From the NCBI GenBank assembly GCA_963707025.1, contig CAVPOM010000005.1:128001-192000 (forward strand): a DNA stretch of 64,000 bases, read 5' to 3'. The translations under genes were made by a program, and so were the position numbers. The stretch is from an uncultured Verrucomicrobiae bacterium (GTDB lineage Bacteria > Verrucomicrobiota > Verrucomicrobiia > Limisphaerales > Palsa-1400). Shown here piece by piece: positions 1-10,622 of this stretch. Below the pieces are notes generated by a model, which saw nothing but the letters and a program-made list of their open reading frames with translations, was not told the DNA's origin and did not search any database. Numbering within the stretch: the first letter of the stretch is position 1; the number at the start of each line of letters is the position of its first letter.

Positions 1-360
1 CAACGCCGCCTCCATCGTCTGGGTATCCCTTGCCGGAGTCGTACTTATGTTCTCGCTCCCCTCGCTGGCATACCGGGCATCGGAGGGAAAGCAGCGTTAA
101 GCCCTGAACACACTCGAAACCGCAGGACGGCGGGACCTGACGCCGGCCTCAATCATTGTTTTTGTCAATAACTCCACACATTTTTTCAATTAACACCGGG
201 ACGAATGCCAGGTTTAGCTTGTCGTTGTGAGAACAGCCAGGAACAGGATTCAACAAGCAACGCGCCGAACCTGCGCCAAATCGCGCTTGATACCGGGATG
301 GATTGGAGGACAATTAGCCCAGCATGCTACACAAAACATTCGATTAAGTAACACTAATCT

Positions 361-984
361 ATGAAATTAAACTTCAAAACCCTCTCTCTGGCGTTCGTGG
401 TCATGTCGTCCATCCAAAGCAGCACCGTGGCCTTCGCGGCGGCCAACGTCCACGAAGCGGACCATGTGGCGCTGCGCGCTTTACGCGACAAGGCGGCCAC
501 AGCAATTAACACGCAAGACATCAAGGCGCTGGCGTCCTGCTTCGCCAAGGATTTCGTTTTTGCGGCCGTCAACCAGACCGTCCTGACCAACGAGGCCCAG
601 ATGCAGGATTTCTTCGACCGCATGTTCAAGTCAAGCGATGCGTTGGTCACCAGCCTGAAGTCCGAGCCGACGGCGGATATCCTGACTCGTTTTGTGGATG
701 CCAACACGGGAGTGTGTTACGGCAGTTCCAAAGACACGTACACCATGAAGTCAGGAGAAGTGGTTGAGATGAACGTCCGCTGGAGCGCCACTGTGGTGAA
801 GGAGAATGGCGAGTGGAAGGTCGCCCTGGCTCATGTCGGCACCGACTTCCTGAACAATCCGGTCCTGGATGGGGCCAAGGCTCTGTTAAAAAAGGTCGGT
901 GTTGGCGCCGGCGTGGGCGGTCTGCTGGTCGGCGGCATTTTGGGGGTCATGATCGGTCGGGGCAAGAAGCCTAACCGCGCATAA
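361..984 (+). CDS. Exported/membrane-anchored NTF2/SnoaL-like (DUF4440-like) protein
   Basis: N-terminal signal-like segment. NTF2-fold pattern (AINTQDIKALASCFAKD...RWSATVVKENGEWKVALAH). C-terminal Gly-rich hydrophobic helix followed by a basic tail. Confidence 0.75.
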   Translation: MKLNFKTLSLAFVVMSSIQSSTVAFAAANVHEADHVALRALRDKAATAINTQDIKALASCFAKDFVFAAVNQTVLTNEAQMQDFFDRMFKSSDALVTSLKSEPTADILTRFVDANTGVCYGSSKDTYTMKSGEVVEMNVRWSATVVKENGEWKVALAHVGTDFLNNPVLDGAKALLKKVGVGAGVGGLLVGGILGVMIGRGKKPNRA

Positions 985-1057
985 GCCCGGTGGCCTGCAG
1001 CAGAGCGTGCGACCTCGCTTGGTTTCCGTTTGCCGACAGAATTTGCAAGGTAACTTT

Positions 1058-1782
1058 ATGGAATCAACTTCTTCGAGCGCGGTGAGAATCGGTGACGCTG
1101 GTGAGGCAAAGGTGTTAAGCCCGGTCCTCTCCGGTTCAAAGCGGTTGTTGATGTTGGTGATCAATTATTGCCCGCTCCTGCACGCCATTTTGATCGGGGT
1201 CACCCTCAGCATCACCTGGGCACCGTGGCACTGGCGGCTTCTCGCCGGGCTGGGTTTGCTCTATCTTCTGCCGCCGCTGGCCGCCAGGGTAATCCGGGCG
1301 GTGGCGCCTCTCCGGGAAGGGCGGATTCCAGTTGGCACGAGGCAATTCTTTTCGTGGTGGGTCTTGTTCAACCTGCAGGTGCTTTTCTGCCGGCTGCCGC
1401 GTTGGAGGAAGTGCTTCGGCTGGCGCCCGGTCTTTACACCCTCTGGCTGAGGCTTTGGGGCGCGCGCATTGGCCGGTTGACTTATTGGGCCGCCGGGCTG
1501 CGAATTCTTGATCGCTCTTTTATTTGCATCGGCGACGACGTTATCTTCGGCGCGGGGGTGCGGCTGAACCCACATGTCATGATACGCAATGACAGGGGCG
1601 AGTTGGAACTGATTCTGGCTACTGTGAACATTGGCGACCGTGTTGTTGTCGGCGGTTACTCGCTGCTGACGGCCGGGACCGTGATCGCGCCGGATGAATG
1701 CACGCGAGCCTTCCTGATTTCTCCGCCGTTCAGCAAGTGGAAGAACGGAACGCGCGTCGCCAAAAAGGACGCCACACCATGA
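1058..1782 (+). CDS. Membrane protein with left-handed beta-helix (hexapeptide acyltransferase-like) C-terminal domain; frameshift near 1400
   Basis: Joins ORF 1007..1450 (TM helices) with ORF 1168..1782 (LWGARIG, IGDDVIFGAGV, IGDRVVVGGYS hexapeptide repeats). Stop overlaps the next ATG (ATGA). Confidence 0.65.
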
Positions 1783-2789
1783 TCTGCGATATTCATGTTC
1801 ACGTCGCCGGCATCGGTTCCCAAGGGAACGGGAACTTTCTCGCTTCAGCGTTCCGGCGCAGCCTTGCCTTTCGGCTGTTCGTCCGCCGGCTTGGATTGCC
1901 GCCGGGAGTGGCCGGCGCCCCGGATTTCGACCAGCAGATCGCGCGGTTGATCGTGGACAAGCTCGACGCGAGCAAAGTGGATCGCGCCGTGTTGCTGGCC
2001 TTCGATGCTGCCTATCACGATGACGGAACGCGTGATGAGGAACGCACCTTGATTGTGACCGATAACGACTTCGTCGCCGACCTGGCGGCCTGTCACCAAA
2101 AGGTTCTCTTTGGCGCAAGCGTTCACCCCTGCCGTCCCAACGCCATAGCGGAGCTTGAACGTCTCATCGGGCGCGGCGCCTGTCTGGTCAAATGGCTCCC
2201 TGGCGCACAGAACATCCAGCCCGATGATCCGAGATGCTTCCCCTTCTACGACATGCTGGCGCAGCACCGGGTTCCATTGCTCTGCCACACCGGCAGCGAA
2301 CACACCTTGAAAGCATTTCCGGATAAGCTGAACGATCCCCGCCGTTTGGCGCCCGCTCTGGAACGGGGCGTCACGGTGATTGCCGCGCATTGCGGGGCGC
2401 GACTTTTCCTTCACGAAAAATCGTATTTCCGGGCCTGGCAGGAAATGGCTTTGCGCCACGAACGGTTTTACGGTGATATCAGCGCCTTCGGGGTGATCAC
2501 CCGGATATGGCTGCTGCGTTCCCTGCTCCGTTCGCCGCGACTGGCGGCAAAACTGGTGTTTGGCTCCGACTTCCCGGTCGCGCCGATGCCCCTGAGTTGC
2601 GTGGGGCAAGTCAGTCTCAGACGCGCATTGGAATTGAGACGAATTCCGAATCCCTTTGATCAAGCGGTCGAAATGATGAAATCCGCCGGCGTGCCGGACG
2701 AGGTCTTCGCGCGGTCGGGAAAACTTCTGCACATACCGGAAAAAAAACTCGCGCAAGTCACAGTGGAATCCCGAAAGGTGGCGGCATGA
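1779..2789 (+). CDS. Amidohydrolase family protein (Amidohydro_2-like)
   Basis: DIHVH metal motif, HTG, AAHCG and FGSDFP motifs. ATG at 1779 overlaps the upstream stop. Confidence 0.85.
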   Translation: MICDIHVHVAGIGSQGNGNFLASAFRRSLAFRLFVRRLGLPPGVAGAPDFDQQIARLIVDKLDASKVDRAVLLAFDAAYHDDGTRDEERTLIVTDNDFVADLAACHQKVLFGASVHPCRPNAIAELERLIGRGACLVKWLPGAQNIQPDDPRCFPFYDMLAQHRVPLLCHTGSEHTLKAFPDKLNDPRRLAPALERGVTVIAAHCGARLFLHEKSYFRAWQEMALRHERFYGDISAFGVITRIWLLRSLLRSPRLAAKLVFGSDFPVAPMPLSCVGQVSLRRALELRRIPNPFDQAVEMMKSAGVPDEVFARSGKLLHIPEKKLAQVTVESRKVAA

Positions 2790-3976
2790 AGAACTCTCCC
2801 CTGAAGTTGCCTTGGACGCCCGGGAACGTTCCGCATGCCATTCTGGACATTCTGAGAGGCTGCAACATCCGCTGCCGTGATTGCTACAATCTGCAACCGG
2901 ACCATGTCAAGCCGCTGGCGGAAATAGACGCGCAACTGGACGCGCTCACACGCCTCCGCAAGCTGCAGTCCATTTCCATCGTGGGCGGTGAACCAACTCT
3001 GCATCCAGACCTGGTCGAAATTGTCCGGCGGGTGCGGCGGCGCGGACTGTTTGTTGAGTTGTTCACCAATGGAGTTGACCTAAACGATCAACTTCTCACC
3101 GGGCTGAAGCGAGCCGGGACAAATGTCATTTTCCTCCACATCGAGCCAAACCAACGGCGGCCCGACCTGCCAGCGGAGGCGAGCACGGATGACCTGAGAC
3201 GCCTGCGCACGGAAAAGGCCGCCCTGATTGCCGCCCATGATATCGAGGTTGGACTGGCGGTTACCGCGTATCCGGACAAGCCCGCGGAGATCGAGGAAGC
3301 AGTCGGTTTCGCGCTGGACTCGCCCCACGTTTGCTACCTGCTGGTAACATGGTGGCGGGATGTCAGTCGGATGCCGCCGTTTCGCGGGGACCTTGAGAAT
3401 GGCATGTTCGCCCAATCCAGTTACGGCCGACAACTGATCCACTCGGAGGAAGCACGCAACCGGGAGAACAGCCGGTCATTGCAAGCGGAATTTGGGCTGA
3501 ACCCGTTCGCGTTCCTCGGCTCCAACCTTGATGCGAAGGACCCGCGCTGGCTGTCATTCATGGTGGGCGCGGTGCATCAGGAAGAGAAACTTTTATTTTA
3601 CCACAGTTTAAAGCCGACTTGGGTGGAAAGGGCGTTTCTTGGATTATCGCGCATGATGACGGGGCGATACCCGTTTTATCAACCTCAGCATGCCGGACGT
3701 TTTTCCGTGCATTTGCTGCTCAACGGCCTGGCCGGGGGCGGACTTGCCAGGCAATCTGAGGCTGCTGGCGCGCGCGCCGGCCCGGGCGCGCGCTTAACGG
3801 CCAAGCGGTTATTGTTCCAACGGCCCGCCGCATTTGACAAACAAGGCCGCGTGGTTCATTGCCAACCCTGTCCCGACGCGGTGGTGAAGGATGACCGCAT
3901 GGTGCCTTTGTGCATTTCCGACTGCGTGGCAAGCAACAGCCTCACGAACGAGCACGTCTTGGAGGAAGTTTCATGA
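2786..3976 (+). CDS. Radical SAM protein
   Basis: CNIRCRDC (CxxxCxxC), GGEPTLHP, TNG, and a C-terminal CxxCPD...C cluster. Confidence 0.85.
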   Translation: MKNSPLKLPWTPGNVPHAILDILRGCNIRCRDCYNLQPDHVKPLAEIDAQLDALTRLRKLQSISIVGGEPTLHPDLVEIVRRVRRRGLFVELFTNGVDLNDQLLTGLKRAGTNVIFLHIEPNQRRPDLPAEASTDDLRRLRTEKAALIAAHDIEVGLAVTAYPDKPAEIEEAVGFALDSPHVCYLLVTWWRDVSRMPPFRGDLENGMFAQSSYGRQLIHSEEARNRENSRSLQAEFGLNPFAFLGSNLDAKDPRWLSFMVGAVHQEEKLLFYHSLKPTWVERAFLGLSRMMTGRYPFYQPQHAGRFSVHLLLNGLAGGGLARQSEAAGARAGPGARLTAKRLLFQRPAAFDKQGRVVHCQPCPDAVVKDDRMVPLCISDCVASNSLTNEHVLEEVS

Positions 3977-5378
3977 TGCGCATTCTTCTCATCATGCCGG
4001 ACGCCCACATGCACAAGCTGCGGATCGGCGCGTTCGTGCGTTCAATGCGCGAGGCGCCGCTGACCCTCACCACGCTGGCTGCGCTGGTTCCTGCATTTTC
4101 CTGGGATTGAGATCAAGCTGGTGGACGGCAGCGTGGACCCGATTCCCTTGGACGAACCCGCCGATCTGGTGGGAATCAGCGTCATCACGGGTTGCGCTCG
4201 CCCAGCCTACGCGCTGGCCAAACATTTCCGTCAGCGCGGCATTCCTGTTGTGCTCGGTGGCGTTCATGTGACGATCCTGCCGGGCGAGGCGATTCAGCAC
4301 GCCGACAGCATCGTCATCGGACGTGCGGAACAGAGCCTGGCCCCGGCTCATCGAGGATTTTCGCCGCGGCAAACTGCAACGAGTTTACCGCGAACATGAG
4401 CTGCCCGACCATGTGCTGGCCGAGGTCCCCTCTCCGCGCAGGGATTTGCAGCGACGCAGCGGTTACATGCTGCCCAAACACAGTGCAGGCCACCCGGGGC
4501 TGCAAGCGCATCTGCGATTTCTGCACGGTCAACGCCGTCTGGCCGCGCTACCTGAAACGGCCGATTGCCGATGTGGTCCGCGACGTTCGCAGCATCCGGG
4601 GCAGTCATTTCGGCTTCAATGATGTCAGCCTCGTTGATGACGTGGAATACGCACGGGAACTGTTCACCGCCATCGTCCCGCTCCGCAAAACGCTGGGGCG
4701 GCCTGGTCACTGCCGACAGCCTCCAGAACACCGAACTGCTGGATCTCATGGCCCGAAGCGGCTGTGTTTACCTGCTGGTCGGTTTCGAGTCCGGAGACCA
4801 AACGACCCTCCAAGGCATCCGCAAGAGTTTCAACAAGACCCTGCACTACCACGATCTGATCCGCTCGCTTGCAACAGCGCGGCATCACCGTCCAGGGTTG
4901 CTTTGTCTTTGGGTTCGACCACGACGACGCCAGCGTATTTGAGTCCACCGTCCAACTGGTGCAGGACCTGGGCGTGGATATTCCGCGCTACTCGCTCTAC
5001 ACCCCTTACCCCGGCACTCAGTTGTTTGCGCGGATGCAGGCGGAGAATCGGATCCTCAGCTACAACTGGGACGATTACGACACCATGCATGTCGTCATCA
5101 AGCCCGCGCAGATGACGCCCGAGGAGCTGTATCGCGGATTCAAATGGGCCTACAAAGAAACTTTCCGGCTGGATCGCGTGGTCAGGCGCGTCAGCCGGCT
5201 GGACATCCGGTGCGCCATCAATTTCGTGGGCAATCTGTGCTACCGGATTTTCGTGAAGCGGCTTTACTCGGAGCCGCGTTTTGCCACGCCCTATTCAGTG
5301 CATGATCCCGGAAGCCCGCCTGAGCCAAGCCATTGGATTGTGCCAGAGGAAGAGGAGGAGGCATTGTGCGTCGGCTGA
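3973..5378 (+). CDS. B12-binding-domain radical SAM protein (several frameshifts)
   Basis: Pieces in successive frames: PLTLTTLAAL, DLVGISVITG...VVLGGVH, TRGCKRICDFC, VGFES, FVFGFDHD, YTPYPGT. Confidence 0.8.
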
Positions 5379-6695
5379 CGCTCATCTATCCAGCGATTGG
5401 CCGCAAACCGGGCAAGCCCTTCGTCCGCTCCTGGCAGTTGCAGCCACTGGCCATCGCCCGGTTGGCGGCGATGACGCCGCCGAACTGGCAGATCAGCTTT
5501 CTCGACGACCGGCTGGAGCCGATTGATTATGGTGTCGCCGACGGACCTGGTGGCGTTGTCCATCGAGACCTATTCCTCCAAGCGTGGTTACCATATCGCC
5601 GCCCGGTTTCGGGAGCGCGGCATTCCAGTGGTGCTCGGCGGATACCACGCGACGCTATGCCCGGAGGAAACCAAGGAGCACGCCGACGCGGTATGCATCG
5701 GCGAAGCGGAATCAGTCTGGCAGGAAATTCTGCAAGATGCGGGGCAACGGACATCTCAGACCATTCTACAAAGGCGACCGCGCCCGGCCCTTGCGGGGAC
5801 TCCAGCCGGATCGTCGCATTTTTCAGGGAAAGAACTACCTGCCCGTGGCGCTGGTGGAAACCAGCCGGGGGTGTCCGTTTCAATGCAATTTCTGCTCCAT
5901 TGGCGCCGTCTTCCAAGGCACTTACCGGCGCCGACCCGTGCAGGAAATCGTGGAGGAATTGCGCCAGGTTCACGACAAATATGTCTTTTTCGTGGATGAC
6001 AATATCGTGGGCGACCCGGCCGGCGCCCGCGAACTCTTCGAAGCCATCACGCCCCTTGGAATCCAATGGATGAGCCAGGGCAGCCTGCACGCCTTGAAGG
6101 ACGAATCGCTGATCCGGCAAATGGCACGCAGCGGATGCATGGGGTTGCTGATCGGTTTCGAGTCCCTCAATCCGCAGAATCTCGCGGCGATGGGCAAACG
6201 CATCAATAAAGTGGACGATTACCGGGCTGCGTTGGATCGCCTGCGGCGGGCGGGTGTTTTTGCTTATGGGACATTCATATTCGGCTATCCCCATGATACG
6301 CCGGAAAGTTTTGATGAGAGTGTTCGGTTCGCCAAAAAGGAAAATCTGTTCCTCGCCGCCTTCAATCATCTGGTTCCATTTCCCGGCACGCCGCTTTACC
6401 ATGATCTCGAAGTGGCGGGGCGTCTAAAATACCGGCAATGGTGGCTCAACGAGGAATATCGTTTCGGCCAGGTGCCGTTCCGTCCGACGACCATGCGCGC
6501 CGCGGAAGTGGAGCAAAACTGCCATCGGGCTAGAAGCTCATTTTACACCTGGGGATCCATCGTTCGCCGCAGCCTTGGAATTTCGATGCAACAGCCCGAC
6601 TCCAGGCCGCGCGTGGGCCTATCTGGATGCTCAATTGGATGTTGCGCCGGGAGTTGTCCCAAAAGGCTGGCATCCCACTTGGAGGCGCTCCATGA
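5366..6695 (+). CDS. Second B12-binding-domain radical SAM protein (several frameshifts)
   Basis: QPLAIARLAA, VVLGGYHAT, SRGCPFQCNFC, FVDDN, IGFES, PFPGTPLY. Reconstructed stop (6693-6695) overlaps the next ATG. Confidence 0.8.
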
Positions 6696-7858
6696 GTACC
6701 GGCGGTATTTCCACTTTTTCCGCCCTCATGCGCGCGCCTGTTCGCTCTAGCGGCTTCCGCTTCGATTTGGCGACCCCGGCGGACAATGCGGAACTTCTGC
6801 GCTTCAGTCGCAACGCCGAAATGCCTGGCGCGATCCACTTTTCGTTTGATCGAAGCCCTGATTATCTGGAGGCACTTTGCGTGGAAGGCCGGCAATCGGA
6901 AGTGCTCGTCTGCCGCGAAGCGCAAAACGGGCGCGTGGTGGCCGTCGGCCATCGTTCAGTCAAGTCAGTCATTCGTCAACGGCCAGCCCGCCTCCGTGGG
7001 TTATTTGAGCGGTCTGCGCTTGGACCAGTCGGTCAGGAACCGCCAGATTCTCGCGCACGGCTATGCATTCCTGCGCAAACTTCATGCGGCGTGGCCGGCG
7101 CAAATGTGTCTACCACCATCATGGAAGACAACCTTCCGGCCAAGGCCGTGCTTCTTTCGGGGCGTGGCGGCCTGCCCGGCTACCACGATTTTGGCCGATA
7201 TTGCTGCATGGCCCTCAGCCTTCAATCCAGGAGCGCCGGCAGTGGCCGTTCTGGAATTCGCGTGCGGCGCGCCAGCGCTGCCGACGGCCCGGCAATAATT
7301 GGATTTCTCAACCGTGAAGGCAGGTCCCGTCAGTTCTTCCCAAAATATCAGGTGGAGGACTTCGGTGCGCCAAAAGGGCTGCTGTCACATCTGCAATGGG
7401 AAGATGTCTTCCTGGCCTTCCGGGGCGACGACTTGATCGGTGTGGTTGCCGCGTGGGACCAACGGGCGTTTCGGCAATGGCGGGTGACGGGTTACGACTC
7501 ATGGCTGGGACTTTTGCGGATTCCGTTCAATCTGGTGGCGATGGTTAGGAAAATGCCGCTTTTGCCGAAACCGGCTTTGCCGCTGGATTATTTCATCCTG
7601 TCCTTGGCTTGTGTCCAGGGCAACGACCGCTCCGTGTTCAAGGTCTTGCTGGAGAAAGTCGTCCGCGAGAAGCGGAGGCATTATACCTTCTTCTTGGCGG
7701 GGCTGCACGAGCGGGATCCATTGCTGGCTGAACTACTGGCCCGACCGAACTTTCCATTGCCCAGCCGGCTGTTCGTGGTCGCTTGGGAAGACGAAGCGGG
7801 GGAGGTCCAAAAACTGGACCGGGAATTGGTTCCTTACTTGGAGCTGGGATCACTTTGA
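6692..7858 (+). CDS. GNAT-like (tandem acyltransferase-fold) protein; probable compensating frameshifts at about 6970-7110
   Basis: M.G.I...F.R.PDY N-terminus. Alternative frame gives VNGQPASVGYLSGLRL. STTIMEDNLPA and a second GNAT-like half (GVVAAWDQRAFRQ) follow. Confidence 0.6.
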   Translation: MSTGGISTFSALMRAPVRSSGFRFDLATPADNAELLRFSRNAEMPGAIHFSFDRSPDYLEALCVEGRQSEVLVCREAQNGRVVAVGHRSVKSVIRQRPARLRGLFERSALGPVGQEPPDSRARLCIPAQTSCGVAGANVSTTIMEDNLPAKAVLLSGRGGLPGYHDFGRYCCMALSLQSRSAGSGRSGIRVRRASAADGPAIIGFLNREGRSRQFFPKYQVEDFGAPKGLLSHLQWEDVFLAFRGDDLIGVVAAWDQRAFRQWRVTGYDSWLGLLRIPFNLVAMVRKMPLLPKPALPLDYFILSLACVQGNDRSVFKVLLEKVVREKRRHYTFFLAGLHERDPLLAELLARPNFPLPSRLFVVAWEDEAGEVQKLDRELVPYLELGSL

Positions 7859-8557
7859 TGAAACTGGAATCACAGACCCTATCGGTGAGTGAGTTGCACC
7901 CGGAATGCTTCGTGCAAATGCAGCAGTTGATGCGCGCGCATTACAACGGCGTCTCCGAGAGCCAGTTCCTCGCTGACCTTCTTGCCAAACAATGGGTGAT
8001 CCTCCTGCGCGACAGCGGCCATCTGTGCGGTTTTTCGACGCAGGTGCTGTTCGACTACCCGTTGGCCGGCCGGGACGTGAAAATCCTGTTCTCGGGAGAC
8101 ACCATTATTGAAAAAGACCACTGGGGATCGCTGGCTCTGCCGGTGGCCTGGGGGCGGCTGATGCTCTCGCTCTGCGCCGCTCATCCGGCCTCGGAACTCT
8201 ACTGGCTGCTCACCAGCAAAGGATACAAAACCTACCGCTTCCTCCCGGTCTTCTTTCACCAGTTTTATCCCTGCTGCACAAGTGAAACGCCGGCCTTTGA
8301 AAAAGCCTTGTTGGAGGGCGTGGCGAGCCAACGATTCGGCCAACGATTTGATCCGGCCACCGGCATCTTGCGGGCGGAAGCGGGTGCCCAGCGCCTACGG
8401 GATGGGATTGCCGGAATTGACGCCAGCCGCTTGCGCGATCCTCATGTGGCGTTCTTCCAGCAATAGGAACCCGGGCCATGCGCGCGGCGATGAACTGGTT
8501 TGTCTGGCGCGTTTCCACGGCGATAATCTGAAACCTTATATTCGCCGCCAACTTTGA
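7858..8557 (+). CDS. Conserved hypothetical protein, GNAT-like; frameshift near 8463
   Basis: LFSGDTII, YWLLTSKGYKTYRFLP, and after the shift NPGHARGDELVCLA. Translationally coupled on both sides. Confidence 0.6.
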
Positions 8558-8558
8558 T

Positions 8559-10179
8559 ATGTCGATTCGCTCCCTCACCTGCCACATGATCAATACCGCT
8601 TGGATCGCGGCGTGTTCCCGTGAACACGCGCGATTCACAGCTGCCGTCGGTCGCGTGGCGGAAGCGCAAACGAGCTGTCTGTTTGACCTGCTTAACCGAA
8701 ATATCGCAACACGTTTTGGGAAAAAAAACGGCTTCGCTCGAATCCGTTCGGTTGCAGAATACCAGGCCCAGGTGCCCATCACCGGATATGACGCGCTTGC
8801 AGAATCCATTGAAGCGATCGCGGGCGGTGAAGCCAGCGTGCTGACCGCCGACCGGGTCAAACTCTTCCAGCCGACCAGCGGCTCATCGTCACCAACCAAG
8901 CTGATCCCTTGGACGGTGACGCTGGGCCGGGAATTCCGCCGGGGCATCTCCACATGGTTGGCCGCGTTGTACCGCCGGAAGCCCGCACTGATGGGAGGAA
9001 CGGCCTACTGGTCCATATCACCACCGGCAACGGCTGCTCAGACACGAGGCCGATTGCGGGTGGGCTTTGACCACGATGCTGAATACCTGGGTTTCTTCGG
9101 AAAAAATTTGTTTTCGCTCGTCAGCGCTGCGCCGCCCGAACTGGCGCATTGCAGAAGCATGCAGGAATTTAAAACGAAAACGCTGGTTGCGTTGCTGGCC
9201 GATGAAAACCTGCGGCTTAATTTCGATTTGGAGCCCGACATTTTTGACGACCCTTCTTGAAGGTTTTACGACACAGCCTGAAGGAATTCTGGAACGTCTA
9301 AGCCGGATTGGGCGCAGTGGGGCGCACCGGCGCGCGAAATTCCTTCGACACATTTTGCGTGAAAGCGGCCGACAAACCTCCTTTGAAAAGGTGTGGCCAA
9401 AGCTACAGGTTATCAGTTGTTGGACTCACGGCCCTAGCGAATTATATGCCGAAAATCTTCGGAGCCAGTTTCCCAATGTCGAGATTCAGGGCAAGGGATT
9501 GGTCGCCACGGAAGCCTTCGTCTCGCTGCCGTTTCACGAGGACAAGGATCCGGTGTTGGCTGTCACTTCCCACTTCTTTGAATTTCAGGATGCGGCTGGC
9601 GAAAAATTTTCTTTGGCGCACGAACTCATTGCCGGAAAAACCTACCGCGTCATCGTCACCACCGGCGGCGGTTTATATCGCTATCCGCTGGGCGACTTGG
9701 TTCGGGTCACGGGTTTTATTCAAGACGCGCCATGCCTGCGTTTTATTGGACGTGAAGCCAATGTTTCCGATCTGTTTGGTGAAAAACTGCAAGGGACATT
9801 CGTCGAAGGCGTCATTCGCCGCGCGCTCGCGCAACAAAACATCAACCCCCGTTTTTTCCTTCTCGCTCCGGTTGCAGGGGCCATGCCGAAGCCGGCCTAC
9901 ACACTGTTTCTGGAGGCCAATGCAGTCCTGGACGCCGTCGTTCTCCAAAGAAATCTGGAGGAGGGATTGGCGGAGAATTTCCACTACAAGCACTGCCGCC
10001 GTTTGGGACAACTTTCCGGGGCCAGAATCTTTCAGATCAACCGGGGATCGCCGTCCTCCGAGACAGTCTTCCAGCGCGAAATGTTGTCCCGCGGCATCAA
10101 GCTCGGAGACATCAAGATGGGCGCTCTCGATTGCCAGTCAGGTTGGGAACAACGCTTCAGTGGACAATTTGTTTCTTAA
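8559..10179 (+). CDS. GH3 family acyl-acid amido synthetase; frameshift near 9220
   Basis: PTSGSS ATP-binding motif, ATEAFVS, GGLYRYPLGD and FIGR...GEKL, all typical of GH3/ANL adenylating enzymes. Confidence 0.85.
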
Positions 10180-10387
10180 CCCATCATAGGCGCTGATGCG
10201 GCGGAGCTTCAACGGGGCCGCGCCCGCGCGGGCGCGGAATGCTCTCTTGCAGCCTTTGACACCGTGCTATTGACGCCGCGCTTCAACGGGGCCGCGCCCG
10301 CGCGGGCGCGGAATGCCTTCGCATTGGGAAAATCCCAGTTCAGTATGTTATTGCTTCAACGGGGCCGCGCCCGCGCGGGCGCGGAAT

Positions 10388-10425
10388 GGCCCTCTGCGGC
10401 GTCCAGCCGCAGAGGGCCTTGTTTT
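10388..10425 (+). terminator. Intrinsic-terminator-like hairpin formed by CRISPR spacer 3
   Basis: Perfect 13-bp stem GGCCCTCTGCGGC/GCCGCAGAGGGCC, 5-nt loop GTCCA, followed by TTGTTTT. Confidence 0.55.
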
Positions 10426-10622
10426 GCTTCAACGGGGCCGCGCCCGCGCGGGCGCGGAATGCCAAGTCGCCCCGTTGTTCGCAATCTCGACAAGCTCTTG
10501 CTTCAACGGGGCCGCGCCCGCGCGGGCGCGGAATGGTGGATCGTCAACCCAGCCGCGCTTATGGGCGCTTCGCTTCAACGGGGCCGCGCCCGCGCGGGCG
10601 CGGAATGACCGTTATTCCCTAG

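Noticed and set aside
2..100. 3' end of an upstream membrane-protein gene
   Set aside because: A plausible open frame ends at TAA 98-100, but it is too short to assign.
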